Source of the DNA: Gammaproteobacteria bacterium
Lineage (GTDB): Bacteria; Pseudomonadota; Gammaproteobacteria; Thiohalobacterales; Thiohalobacteraceae
Reading direction: 5' to 3'
DNA: 64,000 nucleotides
NCBI GenBank assembly: GCA_003695825.1
Contig: RFHK01000021.1
Coordinates: 642-64,641 of the forward strand
Positions 22,138-33,299 of the stretch are shown here, one piece after another. Both the position numbers and the translations under genes were made by a program. Within the stretch, counting starts at the first letter, position 1; every line of letters begins with the position of its first letter. The notes beneath the pieces are model-generated. The model saw only the letters and a list, made by a program, of their open reading frames with translations, made no database searches and was not told where the DNA came from.

Positions 22138-22739
22138 CCCTTCACCGCCTTCTGCAGGGCCTGGCGGATGATCTCCTCGGTGCCGAGCCCCTCGGTCGTG
22201 ATCCCCTGCACCATGCGCCCGGCCTCCTGGGGCTTGTAGCCCAGGGCGACGAGCGCGCTGACCGCCTCGGAGACCGGATCCCCGCCGGGACCGGCCCCTT
22301 CTGCGGCGGCGGGGCCGGCGGCCACGGCGGCCTCGCGGGTACCGAGCCGGTCCCGCAACTCCACGACCAGGCGCTCGGCCGTCTTGCGGCCGATCCCGGG
22401 GATGCGCGTGAGCGCCCGGGCCTCCCCCTCCTGGACACACCGGACGAATTCCGCCGTGGGCATCCCGGAGAGGATCGCCAGCGCCAGGCGTGGCCCCACG
22501 CCGCTCGTGCGGATGAGCGTGCGGAACAGGTCCCGGTCGCGCCGGTGGAGAAATCCGTAGAGGGTCTGGGCATCCTCGCGCACCACCAAGTGCGTATGCA
22601 GCACCAGTTCGCTCCCCTCGGCGGGCAGCTCGTAGAAGGTGGTCATCGGGGCCTCGAGCTCGTAGCCCACGCCGCCGACCTCGAGCCACAGGGTGGGCGG
22701 CCGGCGCCCGGCCAGGCGGCCCCGCAGGAAACCGATCAC
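22134..22739 (-). CDS. ruvA: Holliday junction DNA-binding protein RuvA
   Basis: [26 protein letters not shown], HhH motifs ([16 protein letters not shown]). GTG start. 4-nt overlaps with ruvC and ruvB. Confidence 0.93.
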   Translation of the reverse strand: MIGFLRGRLAGRRPPTLWLEVGGVGYELEAPMTTFYELPAEGSELVLHTHLVVREDAQTLYGFLHRRDRDLFRTLIRTSGVGPRLALAILSGMPTAEFVRCVQEGEARALTRIPGIGRKTAERLVVELRDRLGTREAAVAAGPAAAEGAGPGGDPVSEAVSALVALGYKPQEAGRMVQGITTEGLGTEEIIRQALQKAVKG

Positions 22740-23266
22740 GTCCGTCTCCCGGCCCGGGCGAGGCGCTGGCGGGTCTGGCGGACGTGGGCGTGGCAGAGGG
22801 CCACCGCCAGCGCGTCGGCGGCATCGGCCGGGGGGGCCTCCGGCAGCCCGAGGAGCCGGCGTACCATGTGCTGCACCTGCCGCTTGTCCGCCGCACCGGT
22901 ACCGACCACGGCCAGCTTGATCTCGCGCGGGGCATACTCGGCCACCGGGCACCCGGCCTCCGCCAGGCCGCAGAGGGCCGCGCCCCGGGCCTGGCCCAGC
23001 TTGAGCGCGGCATCGGCGTTGCGGGCCATGAATACCCGCTCGATCGCCGCCTCCGCCGGCTGGTACTCGCGGGCCAGGGCACGGATGCCCGCGAAGACGC
23101 CGCCCAGGCGTGCGGTGATGTCGGCACCGCTGACCTGGAGCACGCCGCTGGTCACGTGCCAGTGCCGGCTGCCCTGGATCTCGATGATTCCATACCCGGT
23201 GGCGCGGGAACCCGGATCGATGCCCAGGATCCGCACGCGTGCGCCGCTGCCCGCCCCGTCGCTCAC
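22736..23266 (-). CDS. ruvC: crossover junction endodeoxyribonuclease RuvC
   Basis: [18 protein letters not shown].., [35 protein letters not shown]. Confidence 0.95.
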   Translation of the reverse strand: MSDGAGSGARVRILGIDPGSRATGYGIIEIQGSRHWHVTSGVLQVSGADITARLGGVFAGIRALAREYQPAEAAIERVFMARNADAALKLGQARGAALCGLAEAGCPVAEYAPREIKLAVVGTGAADKRQVQHMVRRLLGLPEAPPADAADALAVALCHAHVRQTRQRLARAGRRT

Positions 23267-23275
23267 GCGCCCGCC

Positions 23276-24031
23276 TCAGGAGGCCATGCGCTCGAGCACC
23301 TCGTCGGGGATGTCCGCATTGGTATAGACCTCCTGCACGTCGTCGAGGTCGTCGAGCATGTCGATCAGGCGCATCACCTTCTCGGCCGTCTCCGCGTCGA
23401 CCGGTGCCAGGGTGTCGGCCTTCATGGTCACCTCGGCGTTCTCGGGCACGAGCCCCGCGGCCTCCATCGCCTGCCGGACCGCCTGGAAGTCCTCCGGTGC
23501 CGTGATCACGTCGATGGAGCCGTCGTCGTTGGTGACCACGTCCTCGGCACCGGCCTCCAGGGCCGCCTCCATCACGGCATCCTCGTCGGTCCCCGCCGGG
23601 TAGCTCAGGATGCCCACCTTGCGGAAGAGGTAGGCGACCGACCCGTCGGTCCCGAGGTTGCCCCCCATCTTGGTGAAGGCGTGGCGCACCTCGGAGACGG
23701 TGCGGTTGCGGTTGTCGGTGAGGCAATCGACCATGATGGCCACGCCCCCCGGGCCGTAGCCCTCGTAGCGGGCCGCCTCGTAGGCGTTGCCGCCCTCGAG
23801 CTCGCCCGCACCCCGCTTGGCGGCCTTCTCGATGGTGTCCTTGGGGATGTTGGCGCCGAGCCCCTTGTCCCAGGCCAGGCGCAGGCGCGGGCAGACCGAG
23901 GGATCGGAACTCTTGCATTCACGCGCCGCGACCGTGATCTCGCGGATCAGCTTGGTCCAGATCTTGGCCCGCTTCTTGTCGTTGGCCGCCTTCTTGTGCT
24001 TGATGTTCGCCCACTTGCTGTGACCGGCCAT
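23276..24031 (-). CDS. yebC: YebC/PmpR-family transcriptional regulator
   Basis: [32 protein letters not shown].., full length (251 aa). Confidence 0.93.
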   Translation of the reverse strand: MAGHSKWANIKHKKAANDKKRAKIWTKLIREITVAARECKSSDPSVCPRLRLAWDKGLGANIPKDTIEKAAKRGAGELEGGNAYEAARYEGYGPGGVAIMVDCLTDNRNRTVSEVRHAFTKMGGNLGTDGSVAYLFRKVGILSYPAGTDEDAVMEAALEAGAEDVVTNDDGSIDVITAPEDFQAVRQAMEAAGLVPENAEVTMKADTLAPVDAETAEKVMRLIDMLDDLDDVQEVYTNADIPDEVLERMAS

Positions 24032-24101
24032 GCACCTCGCTCTCCGTGTAGTCCCGATGGCGCGATTCTATCACGGCACCCTGCGCGCGTGCGGCCGATG
24101 C

Positions 24102-25205
24102 TCAGGGCGAGACCTCGAGCATGCGCTGCAGCGCCCGCCGGGCCTGCTCGGCGGTCGCTTCCGGCACCCGGATGACGTTGACGGGACGTCCCTCGACGAG
24201 GTTCTCGAGGGTCCAGCAGAGGTGCTGGGGATCGATGCGGAACATGGTCGAGCACATGCACACCGTGGGCGCCATGAAGTGAATCTGCTTTCCCTCGGCC
24301 CGGTGGCGGGCATGCAGCCGGTTGACCAGGTTGAGCTCGGTGCCCACCAGCCAGCGGGTGCCCGGGGCGCTCTCGGCGATGGTGCGGATGATGTACTCGG
24401 TCGAACCCACGTAATCCGAGCGCGCGCAGACCTCGTAGGTGCATTCGGGATGCGAGATCACCTTGCCCTCCGGGTGCTTCTCGCGGAAGGCCTCGATGTG
24501 CTCGGGACGGAACATCATGTGCACCGAGCAGAACCCTTGCCAGAGGATCAGCCGGGCGCGCCGGACCTGTTCCGGCGTGAGCCCGCCCAGGGGCCGGGTG
24601 AAGTCCCAGACGACGATGTCCTCTTCGTGCATCCCCAGCTTGAGCAAGGCCGTGTTGCGGCCGAGGTGCTGGTCCGGGAAGAAGAGCACCTTCTCGCGCC
24701 GTGACCAGGCCCACTCGAGCACCTGGGCGGCGTTCGACGAGGTGCACACGATCCCGCCATGGCGGCCGCAGAAGGCCTTGAGGTCGGCCGAGGAGTTGAT
24801 GTAGGTCACCGGCGTGACCGCAGCCTCCGGGTCGAGGACCCCGCCCAGTTCCTGCCAGGCCTGCTCGACCTTGCGCAGCGTGGCCATGTCGGCCATGGAA
24901 CAGCCGGCGGCCATATCGGGCAGGATGGCCGTCTGTTCCGGCCGCGAGAGGATGTCGGCCACCTCGGCCATGAAGTGCACGCCGCAGAAGACGATGTACT
25001 CGGCCCCGGAAGCCGCCGCCTGCCGGGAGAGCTTGAGGGAGTCGCCGCTGAAGTCGGCGTGCCGGAAGACCTCGTCGCGCTGGTAGTGGTGTCCGAGGAT
25101 CACGACCCGGTCGCCCAGTCGCTCGCGAGCGGCCAGGATGCGCGCCTGTACCTCGTCCTCGGCCAGGCTGCGGTAGGCGTCGATCGCCAGGGCTGCGTCG
25201 GCCAC
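24102..25205 (-). CDS. nadA: quinolinate synthase NadA
   Basis: VVILGHHYQRDEV..FCGVHFMAEVADIL..CSMADMA..CTSSNA..FPDQHLGRN..CSVHMMF..ISHPEC..MCSTM. GTG 25205 is preferred because GGAGG lies 5 nt upstream. A TTG at 25283 would overlap nudB. Confidence 0.9.
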   Translation of the reverse strand: MADAALAIDAYRSLAEDEVQARILAARERLGDRVVILGHHYQRDEVFRHADFSGDSLKLSRQAAASGAEYIVFCGVHFMAEVADILSRPEQTAILPDMAAGCSMADMATLRKVEQAWQELGGVLDPEAAVTPVTYINSSADLKAFCGRHGGIVCTSSNAAQVLEWAWSRREKVLFFPDQHLGRNTALLKLGMHEEDIVVWDFTRPLGGLTPEQVRRARLILWQGFCSVHMMFRPEHIEAFREKHPEGKVISHPECTYEVCARSDYVGSTEYIIRTIAESAPGTRWLVGTELNLVNRLHARHRAEGKQIHFMAPTVCMCSTMFRIDPQHLCWTLENLVEGRPVNVIRVPEATAEQARRALQRMLEVSP

Positions 25206-25260
25206 GGGTACCTCCACGAAAGCTGTGCGTCCATCGACGCTTTCGAATATACCGCAGATG

Positions 25261-25698
25261 TCAAGGGCTGCCAGTATTCCCAAAGGAAGAGGCGGGCAGG
25301 CAGTCCGTGATGGCCTCGCGGTTGCTCCAGGAAGTCACCCTGCGGGCGGCCTCGGGCGCCGGCAGCCAGCAATAGGCCCGGTGCTCGCGGGGATCGAGGT
25401 GGATGGCGGCATCGGCGGGCACCTCCACCCGGAACCAGTGCTCCAGGTTCTCCCGCACCCCCGGGGCATAGCGGTCCCGCCAGGCGGGATGGATGGGATA
25501 GCGACAGCGGCGGTGGCAGTCGACGAGGGCCCCGGGAGCGACCTCCAGCCCCGTCTCCTCGCGCAGCTCGCGGCGGGCCGCCTCGAGGGGCGTCTCGTCC
25601 CACTCCAGGCTGCCGGTGACGGACTGCCACCAGCCGGGCGGGGCCACACGCTCGAGCAGCAACACCCGGCCGGTGCGATCGTGGACCAGCACCAGCAC
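25261..25698 (-). CDS. nudB: NUDIX hydrolase, dihydroneopterin-triphosphate diphosphatase (NudB)-like
   Basis: WWQSVTGSLEWDETPLEAARRELREETG Nudix box. RYAPGVRENLEHWF and SWSNREAI match E. coli NudB. The 5' end is uncertain (see findings). Confidence 0.8.
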   Translation of the reverse strand: MLVLVHDRTGRVLLLERVAPPGWWQSVTGSLEWDETPLEAARRELREETGLEVAPGALVDCHRRCRYPIHPAWRDRYAPGVRENLEHWFRVEVPADAAIHLDPREHRAYCWLPAPEAARRVTSWSNREAITDCLPASSFGNTGSP

Positions 25699-25726
25699 GG
25701 ACTCGGGGCGTTTCCAGCGTCTGGCT

Positions 25727-27526
<1,800 letters not shown>

Positions 27527-27604
27527 GACGCGGAATTCCTCGGCCAGTCACGGAAAGGCGGGAAGGATACGGCCAGCCCGCGGGGGGACGCAAGCCGCCT
27601 GGAG

Positions 27605-27647
27605 ACAGAGAAAGGTCCGGCGCCCGCCCCGGGCGGGCCACCGGACC
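27605..27647 (-). terminator. rho-independent terminator downstream of the FmdB-like gene
   Basis: Minus strand: ggtccggtggcccgcccggggcgggcgccggacc followed by tttctct. Confidence 0.55.
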
Positions 27648-27677
27648 CTGAGCGCGGGAGGGGGTCTCGAGGAGGAT

Positions 27678-27953
27678 TCAGCCTCCGCAACCGCAGGTGC
27701 CGCCGGCACAGCCCCCGGCCGCCTTCTTCTCGGAGCCGCCGCTGTCGGATTCGGCGACGTTCTTGCGGTTGCCGGACTTGAAGTCGGTTTCGTACCAGCC
27801 GCTGCCCTTGAGGCGGAACCCGGCCGCGGACACCTGTTTCTCGAGCGCCGGGCGACCGCACTCCGGGCAATCCTTGAGCGGCGCATCGGTCATCTTCTGC
27901 AATGCCTCGAGCTCGTGGCCGCACTCGGTGCATTTGTATTCGTAGATCGGCAT
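27678..27953 (-). CDS. FmdB-family zinc-ribbon putative regulatory protein
   Basis: MPIYEYKCTECGHELEALQKMTDAPLKDCPECG.., Gly/Cys-rich tail. 91 aa. Confidence 0.8.
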   Translation of the reverse strand: MPIYEYKCTECGHELEALQKMTDAPLKDCPECGRPALEKQVSAAGFRLKGSGWYETDFKSGNRKNVAESDSGGSEKKAAGGCAGGTCGCGG

Positions 27954-28190
27954 AGTCTCACCTTCTGTTGCTCGCAAACCCCATATATCAGCGATTTCCG
28001 ATATTGTAACCGAATGTGGGGACACCTGCCGAGCAGATCAACCCGGCCGGTTCCACCACCCTTTGCAGGGATATCGGCCGCTCCGCCGCCCACTCCAGCC
28101 TGCGAATGCGTACAATGGCGCCCGCCAAGCCGCCGGGCGGGGGCACCTCCGGCCCGGGCCCGGCCGCGCCTGTCGATTGCCGCGAAGAGG

Positions 28191-30005
28191 ATGCGACGTA
28201 CCGGATACACGGAGATCCCCGACACCAGCGCGCAGGACCTGCGGACGCTGCGCGCCCTGGTGCCCTTCCTGTGGGCCTACCGCGGGCGGGTCGCCGCGGC
28301 GCTGGCCTTCCTGGTGCTGGCGAAGGCCGCCAACGTGGGCGTGCCCCTGGTACTCAAGCACATCGTCGACGCCCTCGACGCCTCGCGCAATCCCCACCTC
28401 GTGCTGCCGCTGGCCCTGCTCGCCGCCTACGGCCTGATGCGGCTCGGCTCCTCGGCCTTCAACGAGCTGCGGGACTCCATCTACGCCCGGGTACGGCACG
28501 GGGCCATGCGCCGTATCTCCGTGCGCGCGCTCGAACACTTGCACCGCCTCTCGCTGCGCTATCACCTGGAGCGGCGTACCGGCGGCATCTCGCGCGACCT
28601 GGAACGCGGTACCCGCGCCGTCAGCTCGCTGCTCAACTACATGGTGTTCAATCTGCTGCCGACTCTGGTCGAGGTGCTGCTGGTCGCCGGCATCCTGCTG
28701 AAGAAATACAACCCCTGGTTCGCCATCGTCACCTTCGCCTCGGTGGTGATCTACGCCTTCTACACCTTCGCGATCACCGAGTGGCGGATGAAGTTCCGCG
28801 TGGCCATGAACCGGCTGGATTCCGAGGCCAACACGCGCGCGATCGACAGCCTCATCAACTACGAGACCGTCAAGTACTTCGGCAACGAGCCCCTGGAGGT
28901 GCGCCGCTACGACGAGACTCTGCGCCGGTGGGAGGATGCGGCCGTGCGCAGCCAGACCTCGCTGTCGGCACTCAACGTCGGCCAGGCGGGCATCATCGCG
29001 CTCGGCGTGACCCTCGTCATGGTGCTGGCCGCGCGCGGCGTGGTCGACGGGCGGCTCACGCTGGGCGACCTGGTCCTGGTCAACGCCCTGTTGCTGCAGC
29101 TCTTCATCCCCCTCAACTTCCTGGGCATCGTCTACAGCCAACTCAAGCATGCGCTTGCCGACCTGCGCAGCCTCTTCCAGGTGCTGGAAAGGGAACCGGA
29201 GATCCAGGACCGCCCGGGTGCCAGGCCGCTGGAAGTGGGCGCCGGCGAGGTGCGCTTCGAGCACGTCCACTTCGCCTACGATCCGGACCGGCCCATCCTG
29301 CACGACGTGAGCTTCGTGATCCCGCCCGGGCGGAAGGTGGCCGTCGTGGGGCCGAGCGGCGCGGGCAAGTCCACGCTGGCGCGCCTGCTGTTCCGGTTCT
29401 ACGACGTGCAGTCCGGCAGCATCCGCATCAACGGCCAGGACATCCGCGACGTCACCCAGGCCAGCCTGCGCGCGGCCATCGGCATCGTCCCCCAGGACAC
29501 GGTGCTCTTCAACGACACCCTGCTCTACAACATCCGCTACGCGCGGCCCGAGGCCCGCTTCGAGGAAGTGGTCGAGGCCGCGAAACTCGCCAACATCCAC
29601 GACTTCATCGTCTCCCTGCCCAAGGGCTACGACACCGTGGTGGGGGAGCGGGGCCTGAAACTGTCCGGCGGCGAGAAGCAGCGCGTGGCGATCGCGCGCG
29701 CCATCCTCAAGAACCCGAAGATCCTGGTCTTCGACGAGGCCACCTCCAGCCTGGACTCGGTCTCCGAGCGCCAGATCCTCGACGCCATGCGGCGGGTGGC
29801 CGCCCATCACACCACCCTGGTCATCGCCCACCGGCTTTCCACCATCGTCGATGCCGACCACATCCTGGTCATGGAACGGGGACGCATCGTGGAGCAGGGT
29901 ACGCACACGAGCCTGCTGGAGATGAACGGCATCTACGCCCGGCTGTGGGCGCTGCAACTGGAAGAGCGGCGCAAGGCGAAGGCCGCGGAGGCCGCGTCGC
30001 TCTGA
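28191..30005 (+). CDS. ABCB/ATM1-type half-transporter (fused permease and ATPase exporter)
   Basis: 604 aa from MRRTGYTEIP. Six TM helices, then GPSGAGKSTL Walker A, LSGGEKQRVAIARA, ILVFDEATSSLD. Confidence 0.88.
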   Translation: MRRTGYTEIPDTSAQDLRTLRALVPFLWAYRGRVAAALAFLVLAKAANVGVPLVLKHIVDALDASRNPHLVLPLALLAAYGLMRLGSSAFNELRDSIYARVRHGAMRRISVRALEHLHRLSLRYHLERRTGGISRDLERGTRAVSSLLNYMVFNLLPTLVEVLLVAGILLKKYNPWFAIVTFASVVIYAFYTFAITEWRMKFRVAMNRLDSEANTRAIDSLINYETVKYFGNEPLEVRRYDETLRRWEDAAVRSQTSLSALNVGQAGIIALGVTLVMVLAARGVVDGRLTLGDLVLVNALLLQLFIPLNFLGIVYSQLKHALADLRSLFQVLEREPEIQDRPGARPLEVGAGEVRFEHVHFAYDPDRPILHDVSFVIPPGRKVAVVGPSGAGKSTLARLLFRFYDVQSGSIRINGQDIRDVTQASLRAAIGIVPQDTVLFNDTLLYNIRYARPEARFEEVVEAAKLANIHDFIVSLPKGYDTVVGERGLKLSGGEKQRVAIARAILKNPKILVFDEATSSLDSVSERQILDAMRRVAAHHTTLVIAHRLSTIVDADHILVMERGRIVEQGTHTSLLEMNGIYARLWALQLEERRKAKAAEAASL

Positions 30006-30017
30006 CAGAATTCGGTA

Positions 30018-30734
30018 TCAGATGCGCACGTAGGTCCAGCCTTCCTCGAGGCGGTGGAGGATGTGATCGATCGCCGTGGTATCGGTCCGCACGTGATCGA
30101 TGAGAATGACCTTCTCGCCGCGTTCACGCACGCGGCGGATGGCGTTGGCACAGGCAATGAAGGTGATGCGCCCGTCGTAGCGCTGCATGAGCCCGGCCAC
30201 CTGCCGCACGTAGGGAGAGACGTCTGCCCGCAGCAGGTCGATGCCCCCGGCGTTGGTGAGCACCTCCACGCGCCCGCCTTCCCCGGCATAGCGCTCGAGC
30301 AGCCGCTCGGCCTCGGTCAGGGCCGTGTGGAACTTCGCCGGGTCGTCCTCGGCGAGGTGGAGGAGGACCCGGTGGCCATGCACGGCTGCCCGGTGCAGCA
30401 CCACGGCCTGGAGCGCGGGTGTCCGGGCATGCTCGCACCACCCGCCCACCAGGGCCCCGCACAGAAACACCAGCAGGCAGGCGGCCGCCAGCCCGAAACG
30501 GCGCGGCAGGCCTGCCCGGTGCGGCTGGAGGCGCGGCGGCGGGGCCACCTCTTCGAAGGCCTGCCGTACCCATTCCTTGGTCATGCGCATGCGGCAGACC
30601 TGCTCCCGCAACCGCACGTCGGCTTCCAGGGCCTCGAGCATGCGTTGCCGTTCCGCCGCCGGCAGTTCGTCGTCGATGAAGGCCTGGATGCGGATGTCCG
30701 CGTCGCAGTTCCAGTCGTCGTACCTCGTGCTCAT
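30018..30734 (-). CDS. membrane anti-sigma factor with a C-terminal (periplasmic) DsrE-like domain
   Basis: N-terminus IQAFIDDELPAAERQRMLEALEAD (anti-sigma type), one TM helix (FGLAAACLLVFLCGALVGGW), C-terminal domain alignable with the 31472-31924 product. ATGA overlap with the ECF sigma gene. Confidence 0.65.
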   Translation of the reverse strand: MSTRYDDWNCDADIRIQAFIDDELPAAERQRMLEALEADVRLREQVCRMRMTKEWVRQAFEEVAPPPRLQPHRAGLPRRFGLAAACLLVFLCGALVGGWCEHARTPALQAVVLHRAAVHGHRVLLHLAEDDPAKFHTALTEAERLLERYAGEGGRVEVLTNAGGIDLLRADVSPYVRQVAGLMQRYDGRITFIACANAIRRVRERGEKVILIDHVRTDTTAIDHILHRLEEGWTYVRI

Positions 30735-31318
30735 GGCTCGCTCCGTACCAGTCGCGCCGCGGGCCTGCCGGCCGGGCGCCGCTCCGATTCGTGCTCCGGG
30801 TCCTGCCAGGCCATCAGCCGACGGCACAGCCCCTGCCGGGCCCGGTTGAGGCGGCTCATCACGGTCCCGATCGGGATGTCGAGAATCTCGGCGACCTCCG
30901 CGTAGGAGAACCCCTCGAGGTCCACCAGGGTCACCACCTCGCGCTGCAACACCGGCAGGTCCAGGATGGCCCGGCGCATGGCATGGATGCGCTCCAGCCG
31001 CGCGACCTGGCCGATCACGTCCTGCTGGAGGTCGAGCAGGGCCTCGTCGAGCGCCACGTCCGGCCGCCGGCGCCGCAAGTGCTGGCGCCAGCAGTTGTGC
31101 AGGATGCTGTGCAGCCAGGCGTCGAGGCGCTCCGGGTCACGCAGCTCGGAGTGGTGCCGGAGCGCCCGCTCGAGGCTCTCCTGCACCAGGTCGTCGGCCA
31201 CCATGCGGTCGCCACACCAGGAATAGGCGATGCGGTACAACCGCGGGCGGCGCTCGGCCACCGCCTGTTCCAACCGCCGGCGGGCATGGGCCTGGCATAG
31301 GCGTTCCAAGACTCCCAT
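30731..31318 (-). CDS. ECF (group IV) sigma-70 factor
   Basis: 195 aa. Region 2 (DDLVQESLERALRH..LDAWLHSILHNCW) and region 4 HTH (GFSYAEVAEILDIPIGTVMSRLNRAR). Confidence 0.9.
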   Translation of the reverse strand: MGVLERLCQAHARRRLEQAVAERRPRLYRIAYSWCGDRMVADDLVQESLERALRHHSELRDPERLDAWLHSILHNCWRQHLRRRRPDVALDEALLDLQQDVIGQVARLERIHAMRRAILDLPVLQREVVTLVDLEGFSYAEVAEILDIPIGTVMSRLNRARQGLCRRLMAWQDPEHESERRPAGRPAARLVRSEP

Positions 31319-31345
31319 GCCAGGGGAGATGCGGCGAGTGCCGAT

Positions 31346-31388
31346 TTTATTCGCCCCCCGGAAATTTCCCTTCCCACCCCGAATAAAC
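31346..31388. promoter_or_regulatory. inverted repeat TTTTATTCG..(GGAAATTTCC)..CGAATAAA in the divergent ECF-sigma / DsrE-like intergenic region
   Basis: Read directly. 8-nt perfect arms (31347-31354 and 31381-31388) flank the 10-nt palindrome GGAAATTTCC (31361-31370). The function is inferred. Confidence 0.3.
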
Positions 31389-31471
31389 CCGGTACCGACC
31401 GACTCTACCTTGCGTGGCCGGCGGGTGTTTGCCCCCGGCCGAGTACAACCGCATCAAACGAGGAGATCGAC

Positions 31472-31924
31472 ATGCAACCCCATCGACGCAGCTTCCTGCT
31501 GGCATCGATCGCCGCCCTGTGGCTGGGACTGGCAGGCACGCTCTCGGCGGCGGAGGATGCCAAGCCCTTCGCGGAACAGCACATCGTCCTGCAGATCAGT
31601 GACCGGGATCCCTTCAAGCAGACCCTGGTCCTGAACGTAGCCAACAACCTGCTCCGGTACTACGGACCGGACAAGGTCGACATCGAGATCGTGGCCTTCG
31701 GTCCCGGGCTGCGCCTGCTGTTCGCGGACAACAGCAACCGGGGCCGCATCGAGTCCCTGGTGCAGAACGGGGTACGCTTCTCCGCCTGCAAGAACACCAT
31801 TCGCAACATGACCAGGAAACTGGGGCACGCGCCCGCGCTCAATCCCCATGCCGTGAAGGTCAGCGCCGGCGTGGTACGCATCATCGAGCTGATCGACAAG
31901 GGCTACAAGCTCATCAAGCCCTGA
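31472..31924 (+). CDS. exported DsrE/DsrF-like (COG1416-type) small protein with a twin-arginine-like signal
   Basis: MQPHRRSFLLASIAALWLGLAGTLSAAED signal. HIVLQISDRDP..IEIVAFGPGLRLLFAD..RFSACKNTIRN fold signature. AGGAG RBS. Confidence 0.65.
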   Translation: MQPHRRSFLLASIAALWLGLAGTLSAAEDAKPFAEQHIVLQISDRDPFKQTLVLNVANNLLRYYGPDKVDIEIVAFGPGLRLLFADNSNRGRIESLVQNGVRFSACKNTIRNMTRKLGHAPALNPHAVKVSAGVVRIIELIDKGYKLIKP

Positions 31925-31962
31925 TCCCCAAGCCACCGAGGATTCACGAGGAGAGACCGTCC

Positions 31963-33249
31963 ATGAACAGGAACGACCGCCTGTCGCGCATGCTCGCCGC
32001 CCTGCTGGGCGCCTGCACCCTTCCGGTCCAGGCCGCCAACTGGCTCCTGCTGCAAGGCACCGAACCGCCGGGCTCCGCCGGCCGTGCCAAGCTGTGGGGA
32101 TTCATCCAGGCCCAGTATCAGAAGGATTTCTCGGACCCCTTCGTCAAGTCGGACGGTACCGAAGTCTACGTGCCGCCCAAGCTGATCGGACCGGACCTGG
32201 ACGACCAGTCGATGTTCAACGTCAACCGGGCACGCATCGGTGTCCGCGGCGCCAACTTCCCGCTCGATGCCAAGACCAACTATTTCGTCCTCGTCGAGAT
32301 GGGCAACAACGCCATCACCCAGGGAACGGGCGCTTTCGCCCGCCTCACCGACGCCAGCATCACGCTCAACCACATTCCGGGAGCGCGCATTCGCGTGGGC
32401 CTGTTCAAGTACCCGGGTGCCGAGGAGGGCCTGCAGGCGATCCACGTCTTCGACTACATCAATTTCACCACGGTGTCGAACCAACTGTTGCTGGAACGCT
32501 TCCCGGAATCGACAGACAGCAACCGCAAGGCCAGCCCGCTGCCCGCCGCGATGAACCGGATCACCCGGCCCGTGGGCGCCTTTCGCGACGTCGGCGTCCA
32601 GGTCTTCGACGCCTTCCGCCGCGGGGACTGGGAACACAGCTACGCGGTGATGTTCGGCAACGGCAACGGGCTCAACCTCGGCAACGACAACGGCAAGGGC
32701 AACGTCTACCTCTACTGGTCCAGCGCCCGGATCTTCGGCGGCAAGGGACCGCGTCGCGAGGACTGGAAGACCTTCGCCTGGTGGCAGAAAGGCAGGCGCC
32801 TGGACGTCTACGACACCACCAGGTCGTTCGACCGAATCCGCTGGGGCCTGGGTACCAAGTACCTCAAGAAACCCTTCCGCGTGACGGCCGAATACATGAA
32901 GGGCAAGGGGATGATCTTCCAGGGGCCCCACCGCCCGCAGGACCTGTTCAACGACCTGAAGGCCGACGGCTGGTACCTCGAGGGTGGCTGGTACATCCCG
33001 GGCACGCGCTGGGAGCTCGATGCCCGCTACGACCGCTACGTCCGGGACGAGAACCATCCGACCTCGGCGTCCGGGGACCGCAGCCGCTTCCGGAAGTTCA
33101 CGCTCGGCGCCCAGTACCATCTCAACCGGAAGACGCGGGTCAACCTGGAATACGCCTTTCGGGACTTCTCCTCGGACACGGCCAAGGTGGACGCGCAGCT
33201 GAAGGACGTCAAGGGACGCTTCGCCGTGCAGGTCACGGCGATCTTCTGA
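31963..33249 (+). CDS. outer-membrane porin (phosphate-selective porin O/P-like beta-barrel)
   Basis: Signal peptide ..LGACTLPVQAANW, alternating beta-strand pattern, C-terminal ..RFAVQVTAIF (terminal Phe). Confidence 0.7.
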   Translation: MNRNDRLSRMLAALLGACTLPVQAANWLLLQGTEPPGSAGRAKLWGFIQAQYQKDFSDPFVKSDGTEVYVPPKLIGPDLDDQSMFNVNRARIGVRGANFPLDAKTNYFVLVEMGNNAITQGTGAFARLTDASITLNHIPGARIRVGLFKYPGAEEGLQAIHVFDYINFTTVSNQLLLERFPESTDSNRKASPLPAAMNRITRPVGAFRDVGVQVFDAFRRGDWEHSYAVMFGNGNGLNLGNDNGKGNVYLYWSSARIFGGKGPRREDWKTFAWWQKGRRLDVYDTTRSFDRIRWGLGTKYLKKPFRVTAEYMKGKGMIFQGPHRPQDLFNDLKADGWYLEGGWYIPGTRWELDARYDRYVRDENHPTSASGDRSRFRKFTLGAQYHLNRKTRVNLEYAFRDFSSDTAKVDAQLKDVKGRFAVQVTAIF

Positions 33250-33267
33250 CACCGATCCGGTCGAACA

Positions 33268-33299
33268 GGGGGCCCCGGCACGCGGGGCTCCCCCGTTTT
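33268..33299 (+). terminator. rho-independent terminator after the porin gene
   Basis: gggggccccggcacgcggggctccccc followed by gtttt. Confidence 0.6.
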
